Shown one piece after another: positions 58,825 through 64,000 of a DNA stretch of 64,000 bases. Every line of letters starts with the position of its first letter. Positions within the stretch are counted from its first letter, which is position 1. The stretch is from Candidatus Falkowbacteria bacterium (GTDB lineage: Bacteria > Patescibacteriota > Patescibacteriia > CAIXNZ01), in contig CAVZGV010000006.1 of NCBI GenBank assembly GCA_963774955.1, positions 90,855 through 154,854 of the forward strand. Direction: 5' to 3'. The notes beneath the pieces were generated by a model. It saw only the letters and a program-made list of their open reading frames with translations. It was not told the origin of the DNA and made no database searches. The translations under genes and the position numbers were made by a program.

Positions 58825-59112
58825 ATGTCTGAGCCAAGATTTCAGTGTCGAGCCTGCATGAAGGAACTGACCAAAGAAGAAGCCACCAAGGGCAAGCTTC
58901 AACTGAAAGGTGCCGGTTTTTGGGGACATTGCCCAAAATGCAATCGGAAAGCACTTTTCTTTTCCATCCCGGAGCCTCAAACAGTCGCAGTGCAAAACCA
59001 GGAATTTCAAAGACCACTCCCCTCAAAATGTCCTAAGGGACATGAAGGTAAGATTGAAAGATGGGGCCTGGCTTTCAGGTGCCATACCTGTACCACTATT
59101 TTTTCATCCTGA
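58825..59112 (+). CDS. small zinc-ribbon protein
   Basis: agaggaggtaattcATG. CRAC...CPKC and CPKGH...CHTC. Confidence 0.5.
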   Translation: MSEPRFQCRACMKELTKEEATKGKLQLKGAGFWGHCPKCNRKALFFSIPEPQTVAVQNQEFQRPLPSKCPKGHEGKIERWGLAFRCHTCTTIFSS

Positions 59113-59142
59113 TCTAAAAACTCAAAGAGTCCCGCGTCGCGG

Positions 59143-59163
59143 GACTCTTTTTCTTTTTAAACT
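59143..59163. terminator. GC hairpin terminator
   Basis: aGAGTCCCGCGtCGCGGGACTCttttt. Confidence 0.7.
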
Positions 59164-60477
59164 TTATATTTCCTTTAAAATTTCTCTAGTAGCGATTCTA
59201 TCATCCCATGGGTATTCCTGACCATTAGATTTAATGCTCTGTTCTGTCCCCTTGCCCGTAACTAAAACCAAATCACCGGGCTGGGCCAGCTGACAAGCAT
59301 ATTTAATTGCCTCTCGGCGATCAATAATTTTAAATAAATTCTTATTTTCGACTTTACCTGCGCTAATTGCTCCGCTAGCAATCTCGTTCAAAATTTTTGA
59401 AGTTTGTTCATCATAAGAGTCTTCGTCAGTAACAATACTGATATCTGCCTGTTCTCCTGAGATTCTGCCTAAAAGCGGACGCTTGGCATGATCCCTGACC
59501 CCGCCGGCTGAACCAAAAACATGAATTATACGATTTTGGGGAAACATTTTTATGGTTTTAAAAAGATTATCAAAAGAAACAGGGTCATGAGCATAATCAA
59601 CCAACACGCTAAAGTCCTGACCTTCATCAATAACTTCCATGCGTCCGGGCACACCGGTTACTTTGACTAAAGCCTGTTTACACTGATTTAAATTCAGACC
59701 AAGCTGCAAACCGACACAAATTGCTGCCAGGCAATTATATACATTAAATCTGCCAATTAATTTTGTCTTTATATCTTCAGTGCCTACCCGAAAAAAAGAT
59801 CCATTAACCTGCAAATTTATATCCCCGGCTAAAACCACCCGGGCCTCAGGCAATTTGCTGACAAAACTGATGCCGTACCCGAATTTCTGATCCGCCGAAA
59901 AATTAAAATAATACTGCCAATGCTGATCATCCAAATTAACGACCAAAGCCTTGGGAATTTCTTTACCGTTAATTTTCTTTCTGGGAAATTTGCTTAAACC
60001 AGCAAAAAGCTGCCCCTTGGCTTTTTTATAATTCTCAAATGAGCCATGGGCTTCAATGTGTTCTGGCGTCAAATTAGTAAATACCGCCACATCATAATTT
60101 ATGCCCCAATTACGGTTTTGCATAATGCCTTCTGACGAGGTTTCCACGACGGCATATTTACAACCGGCTTTAACCATCTGTTTCAGCATTTTCTGCAAGG
60201 TTAAACGGCCCTGCATGGTTTTATGAGTATCGTTGATCCATTCTTTATCAGCTATTTTAAAATTAACCGTGGTCATCAAACCGACTTTGGCTCCAGACTC
60301 TTCCAAGACCTTAGCAATCAAATTGCTGGTTGTTGATTTGCCGTTGGTGCCGGTAACCCCGATAACAATCAGCTTTCTTGATGGAAAGCCATAAATGTAA
60401 TTAGCCAAAACCGCCCAACACTTATGGTAAAATAAGAGTAACTTTTGGGGAATTAGTTTTTTGATAAATGATTTCAT
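59164..60477 (-). CDS. murE: Mur ligase family, likely UDP-N-acetylmuramoyl-tripeptide synthetase MurE
   Basis: ATP-binding GVTGTNGKSTT and Mur ligase middle and C-terminal domains; 437 aa. Confidence 0.75.
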   Translation of the reverse strand: MKSFIKKLIPQKLLLFYHKCWAVLANYIYGFPSRKLIVIGVTGTNGKSTTSNLIAKVLEESGAKVGLMTTVNFKIADKEWINDTHKTMQGRLTLQKMLKQMVKAGCKYAVVETSSEGIMQNRNWGINYDVAVFTNLTPEHIEAHGSFENYKKAKGQLFAGLSKFPRKKINGKEIPKALVVNLDDQHWQYYFNFSADQKFGYGISFVSKLPEARVVLAGDINLQVNGSFFRVGTEDIKTKLIGRFNVYNCLAAICVGLQLGLNLNQCKQALVKVTGVPGRMEVIDEGQDFSVLVDYAHDPVSFDNLFKTIKMFPQNRIIHVFGSAGGVRDHAKRPLLGRISGEQADISIVTDEDSYDEQTSKILNEIASGAISAGKVENKNLFKIIDRREAIKYACQLAQPGDLVLVTGKGTEQSIKSNGQEYPWDDRIATREILKEI

Positions 60478-60561
60478 AATTTAAGCTTATTATGCAAGAA
60501 TTTTATCATATTTATAATCTAATCACAATGACTTCATCAGTTACATCTACGGCACAAAACC

Positions 60562-60596
60562 TTGACAAATAAATAAAAACATGATAGAATTACGAA
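60562..60596 (+). promoter_or_regulatory. promoter of the VWA gene
   Basis: TTGACAaataaataaaaacatgaTAGAAT. Confidence 0.5.
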
Positions 60597-60677
60597 TCGA
60601 AATTAAATTATTTAAGGGAAATAGCCAAAAGATAACGAACCTTAAAATCCCAGAAATCTGAAACAAAGGAGAAAGTA

Positions 60678-61340
60678 ATGGCGGATGAACTGATGGTGCG
60701 GCAATTGTCTGAATTGGCCAAAACCAAAAAGGTCACCTTGACGGTCATGGTTCTGGACAAATCAGGGTCCATGGCCAATTTCGGCACTGCCCCGATGGAC
60801 ATGGTCAATGAGATTATCAGCAAACTCAAAGCTGAAAATAATGACCAAAACGAATACTATTTCGGACTGGTCAGTTTCGCAGACATGATGAAACTCGAAA
60901 TCCCCATTAACAAAGTTGACCAAATCGACCCATTGCTGAGTTACAACCCCGACGGCAACACCCAGCTCTATAAGACGGCGAGAAACGTCATTTCCTCCCT
61001 GCTGAATCTGGTGCATGATCTGCCCGAGGAACTACAAAGCAACATTAAGGTCGTAGTCGGCGTCGTCTCTGACGGAATGGACAATCGCTCGCCCCGCGAC
61101 CGATATCCCGAGAAACTCCAGCAGACCAGCAAACGAGCCCTGAAACACGGGTTTGAACTACTGGCCTACGGTATCGGCATCGATGCCACTCGTCTGGCTT
61201 ATGCTATGGGATTCCTCGAAGCCAAGGGATTTACCCTTTCGGGGCAGGCCAGAAGCTTCGTAGATGTGGGCGCCTCAGTGTGCGAATTCTCCACCTGCGG
61301 AGGATGGAGAAAAAATTCCACCCCGCCCAGCAATCCGTAA
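60678..61340 (+). CDS. von Willebrand factor type A (VWA) domain protein (GC-rich)
   Basis: MIDAS motif VMVLDKSGSM (DxSxS) and downstream SDGMDN; 220 aa. Strong terminator at 61345-61380. Confidence 0.65.
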   Translation: MADELMVRQLSELAKTKKVTLTVMVLDKSGSMANFGTAPMDMVNEIISKLKAENNDQNEYYFGLVSFADMMKLEIPINKVDQIDPLLSYNPDGNTQLYKTARNVISSLLNLVHDLPEELQSNIKVVVGVVSDGMDNRSPRDRYPEKLQQTSKRALKHGFELLAYGIGIDATRLAYAMGFLEAKGFTLSGQARSFVDVGASVCEFSTCGGWRKNSTPPSNP

Positions 61341-61507
61341 TCAAACACAAAAGGGCCGATGGTTTTACCATCAGGCCCTTTTTTTATATTATCAGTAAAT
61401 ATCTTGACATTTGCCATAAAAGATATTACAATACAGCTAATATACAAATTTAATTGATTTTGCTATAATTAGCTTAACCAAAACATGGTTATTTTTTATT
61501 TAAACAT

Positions 61508-61581
61508 CGCGGGGTAGAGCAGTCTGGCAGCTCGTCGGGCCCATAACCCGAAGGTCGTTGGTTCAAATCCAACCCCCGCAA
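61508..61581 (+). tRNA. initiator tRNA-fMet (anticodon CAU)
   Basis: C1:A72 mismatch (cgcgggg...ccccgca) and three G-C pairs closing the anticodon stem (tcGGG CCCATAA CCCga). T-arm gttgg ttcaaat ccaac. Confidence 0.7.
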
Positions 61582-61716
61582 CAAGACGACTTAGTAGCTC
61601 CCGCCTACGCTCCGGCTTCGGCGGGCAGGCAGTACTGGAAGAAAAGATTTGAAAGAACGGCCTACCGACTTCGCTAGTAACTTTAAAAATAAAATTTAAT
61701 AGATTTTACAATACAT

Positions 61717-61789
61717 GACTCGGTAGCTCAGTCGGTAGAGCAACTGCCTTTTAAGCAGTGGGTCCCGGGTTCGAGCCCCGGCCGGGTCA
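61717..61789 (+). tRNA. tRNA-Lys (anticodon UUU)
   Basis: gactcgg ta gctc agtcggtag agc a actgc CTTTTAA gcagt gggtc ccggg ttcgagc cccgg ccgggtc a. Confidence 0.8.
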
Positions 61790-61796
61790 CAAAAAT

Positions 61797-61894
61797 AAAA
61801 AAGACAAACCGTCATCCAGAGCGGAGCGAAGAATCCAGGACTTCATGGATTCCACGCCTTGCTCTGAATGACTTACAGACGGTTTGTCTTTTTT
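61797..61894. repeat. long palindromic intergenic element, family 1 (copy 3)
   Basis: aaaaaagacaaaccgtcatccagagcggagcgaagaatccaggacttcatggattccacgccttgctctgaatgacttacagacggtttgtctttttt. Confidence 0.8.
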
Positions 61895-61897
61895 ATT

Positions 61898-62533
61898 TTA
61901 TTTAACTTTTTCCTCAAACTCCAAAATATCCTTTTTTGTATTTAAAGGTTGCCAAAAACCTTCATGCTTATAGACTTTTAATTTCATTTTGGGAAAAACA
62001 TCATATTCCAGACTACCTTTAACAGGCAAGAGACTGATCAAATCGTCTTTTTTAAATAAGTACCAGCCGCAACTGACCCAATCATTCAAAATTGGTTTTT
62101 CAATGAACTTAGCCAAGCCGTCTTGTTCTTGGACCAAACCAAACGGTAACTGCGGGTGAGCCACGCAAATAGCATTCGGTCCCAGCGCTGCCAACAGTGT
62201 CAGATCAATATCCGTAATATCATCGCAATTTAAACACAGGACATTGTCAGATTGAACCGGCTCCAAAGCCTGACGCAAGGCACCGGCCGTGCCCAGCGGT
62301 TCTTTTTCAATCACAAATTCAATGGGATAATCGGGATAATTTACTTTTACATACTCGATTATCTCATCAGCCTTATAGCCTAAAGACAAAACTATTTTTG
62401 CTAACTTTTTGGTACCAAGCAACCAATCCAGCTGATGTCCTAAAATCGCCTTGTCCTTAACTTTGACCAGTGATTTGGGCAAAACATCTTCCATGCGATT
62501 GCCTTTGCCACCGGCTAAAATAATAGCTTCCAT
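61898..62533 (-). CDS. sugar-phosphate nucleotidyltransferase (NTP_transferase family)
   Basis: MEAIILAGGKGNRMEDVLPKSLVKV is the G-x-G-x-R nucleotidyltransferase N-terminus; 211 aa. Confidence 0.7.
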   Translation of the reverse strand: MEAIILAGGKGNRMEDVLPKSLVKVKDKAILGHQLDWLLGTKKLAKIVLSLGYKADEIIEYVKVNYPDYPIEFVIEKEPLGTAGALRQALEPVQSDNVLCLNCDDITDIDLTLLAALGPNAICVAHPQLPFGLVQEQDGLAKFIEKPILNDWVSCGWYLFKKDDLISLLPVKGSLEYDVFPKMKLKVYKHEGFWQPLNTKKDILEFEEKVK

Positions 62534-62535
62534 AA

Positions 62536-62793
62536 TTATTGGACTTCATTTACCTTCCACGTTTCTACAATCTCCTTCAACAAAGTAGAGGCTATCTTGC
62601 GGTCAATTGCGCCGGCTACTTTTTCAACTTCAGCCCACTTAGTCAATAACTTTTGGGAAAATTCCACTTTTTGGTCAACAGGCGCCGCTTCATACTGCTG
62701 ATACAGCCTTTTTCTTTCCATCATTAAATTATGCATCCGCATTAATAATACCGGAATTTCCCTATCCCCTTGGGCCAAATTTTCCTCAATCAC
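62536..62793 (-). CDS. hypothetical small protein (GTG start); possible frame link to an upstream 50-aa ORF
   Basis: 85 aa. An ORF at 62788-62940 (MEMQNMESGFGQQPEKKPIEVEGRTDEEIL...) ends in TGA overlapping this start in another frame. Confidence 0.35.
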   Translation of the reverse strand: MIEENLAQGDREIPVLLMRMHNLMMERKRLYQQYEAAPVDQKVEFSQKLLTKWAEVEKVAGAIDRKIASTLLKEIVETWKVNEVQ

Positions 62794-62959
62794 CTCTCGT
62801 AACCCCTCCCTCTTTTGCTGCGGGAAAATCTTCTAAAAGCTGATTTAAAATCTCTTCATCTGTTCTGCCTTCAACTTCAATCGGTTTCTTTTCCGGTTGC
62901 TGGCCGAAACCGCTTTCCATATTTTGCATTTCCATATATGTTCAAATTAATATTTAATA

Positions 62960-64000
62960 TTATAATTTATAAACCGGTGGTATCGGCTTAATAAAATTCT
63001 GCGCCCAGGTATACGTATAGGCGCCCTGGTTAGGTATGATTATTATATCACCTTCTTTCATTTTCTTAGCATAGCAATAATTGCCCCAGGAATCTTCAGG
63101 CAAACACAAGGTCCCCTGCAAAAGTACTTTAATTTCCTTAAATGCCGGCCGGGTCAAATTTATAACCGGATAATAATTGGTCTGATAATACTCCCAGCCT
63201 GCCATATTTATACCACCGTCCAATATTACCATATCCTCAGCCTTAACATCAACTACTTTCATCACCAGATGCATGGCTTTAGTGGAAATAATACGGCCCG
63301 GTTCGAAAAAATAATGGCAATTAACCAGCGGTTTCAAATAACGATTAATTGACCAGCTGATTGTGTCAACATAATCTTTCAAAGTCGGCGGTTTAAAAAT
63401 ATAATACTTTGCTGTAAAATTTGGATTTTGGTTATAAAAATCAGCCGCAGTTTTAATCACATCGCCTTGCGGCATGTCCCAGGGATAATAGCCGTCAACC
63501 AAGCGCGGACAAAATCCGCCGCCCAGATCAATAAATTTAATTTCTGTTAATTCTTCTTTACTAAAATTATAACGCAGATATTTTCCTAAAAGTTTAATCA
63601 AATCATGATAAGGCTTTTCCGTTTCATTCAAACTCATATGACATTGGATGCCTTCAAGTTTTATCCGTGGGTATTTTCTGGCCAAGCGCCAAAATTCATT
63701 TAACTCTTTCAAATCAATGCCGAATTTGCGCCAGCTACCGTGCAATTTAGTATGAACCCTGACTCCTGCCCTGATTTTTTCACCGTGTTTCAAAAGTTCT
63801 CCCAGCCGCTTTAATTCACCGAAACTGTCCAGCTGAATTAAAACTTTATGTCTATGCTTAATTGCCAGCTTAAGTTCAGCCGGTGTTTTACCCGGTCCGG
63901 AAAAAATAATATGTTTAGCTTTAGTTGCCAACGCTAGCTGCAATTCCCTGCCGCTGGAAACGTCCAGACCCAAACCGTTTTTAACAACTCCCTTTAAAAC
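62960..64000 (-). CDS. fold-type III PLP-dependent decarboxylase (DAP/ornithine/carboxynorspermidine decarboxylase-like), N-terminus beyond the window
   Basis: TIM-barrel then beta-domain organisation with C-terminal GAYTYTWAQNF. The reading frame stays open through position 64000. Confidence 0.5.
   Translation of the reverse strand, partial: VLKGVVKNGLGLDVSSGRELQLALATKAKHIIFSGPGKTPAELKLAIKHRHKVLIQLDSFGELKRLGELLKHGEKIRAGVRVHTKLHGSWRKFGIDLKELNEFWRLARKYPRIKLEGIQCHMSLNETEKPYHDLIKLLGKYLRYNFSKEELTEIKFIDLGGGFCPRLVDGYYPWDMPQGDVIKTAADFYNQNPNFTAKYYIFKPPTLKDYVDTISWSINRYLKPLVNCHYFFEPGRIISTKAMHLVMKVVDVKAEDMVILDGGINMAGWEYYQTNYYPVINLTRPAFKEIKVLLQGTLCLPEDSWGNYCYAKKMKEGDIIIIPNQGAYTYTWAQNFIKPIPPVYKL

Overview
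This 64 kb window is an AT-rich bacterial chromosome segment, roughly mid-30s % GC by eye (not computed). It is densely packed with short genes, mostly housekeeping. The repertoire fits a small-genome monoderm; a Patescibacteria/CPR origin is a guess, not established. Genes present include gyrB, a secE-nusG-rplK-rplA block, a pyrimidine dNTP cluster (dCMP deaminase, NMP kinase, a fragmented ThyA-like gene, tmk plus a tmk paralog), gatB, miaA and miaB, thrS, dnaE, guaA, lexA, ftsEX with an rlpA-like gene, a PrsA-like foldase, thiI and murE. Three tRNA loci carry tRNA-Gln, tRNA-Gly plus tRNA-Thr, and initiator tRNA-Met plus tRNA-Lys. Accessory and unusual content stands out against this background. 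(1) A complete IS1595-like insertion sequence, with 29-bp inverted repeats, a 7-bp target duplication and a transposase frameshifted in an A8 run, has landed inside the third copy of a tandem family of small lysine-rich zinc-ribbon genes. (2) Several discrete islets of markedly higher GC carry only hypothetical proteins. These include a serpin-like protein, a VWA protein, and a two-transcript operon of five tiny proteins (two membrane peptides, a double CCHC zinc-knuckle protein and a zinc-ribbon protein). (3) A candidate threonine T-box leader lies upstream of thrS, followed by an array of GC tri-loop hairpins. (4) Two families of long palindromic intergenic repeats are present, together with a 'ttttagat' repeat that flanks a four-helix-bundle gene. 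(5) An array of tRNA-Gln 5'-derived pseudo-repeats sits beside tRNA-Gln. (6) The ThyA-like gene and an ABC exporter gene are each frame-disrupted. (7) A presenilin/SPP-type intramembrane protease homolog is present. All calls rest on motifs read directly from the sequence; no searches were run.
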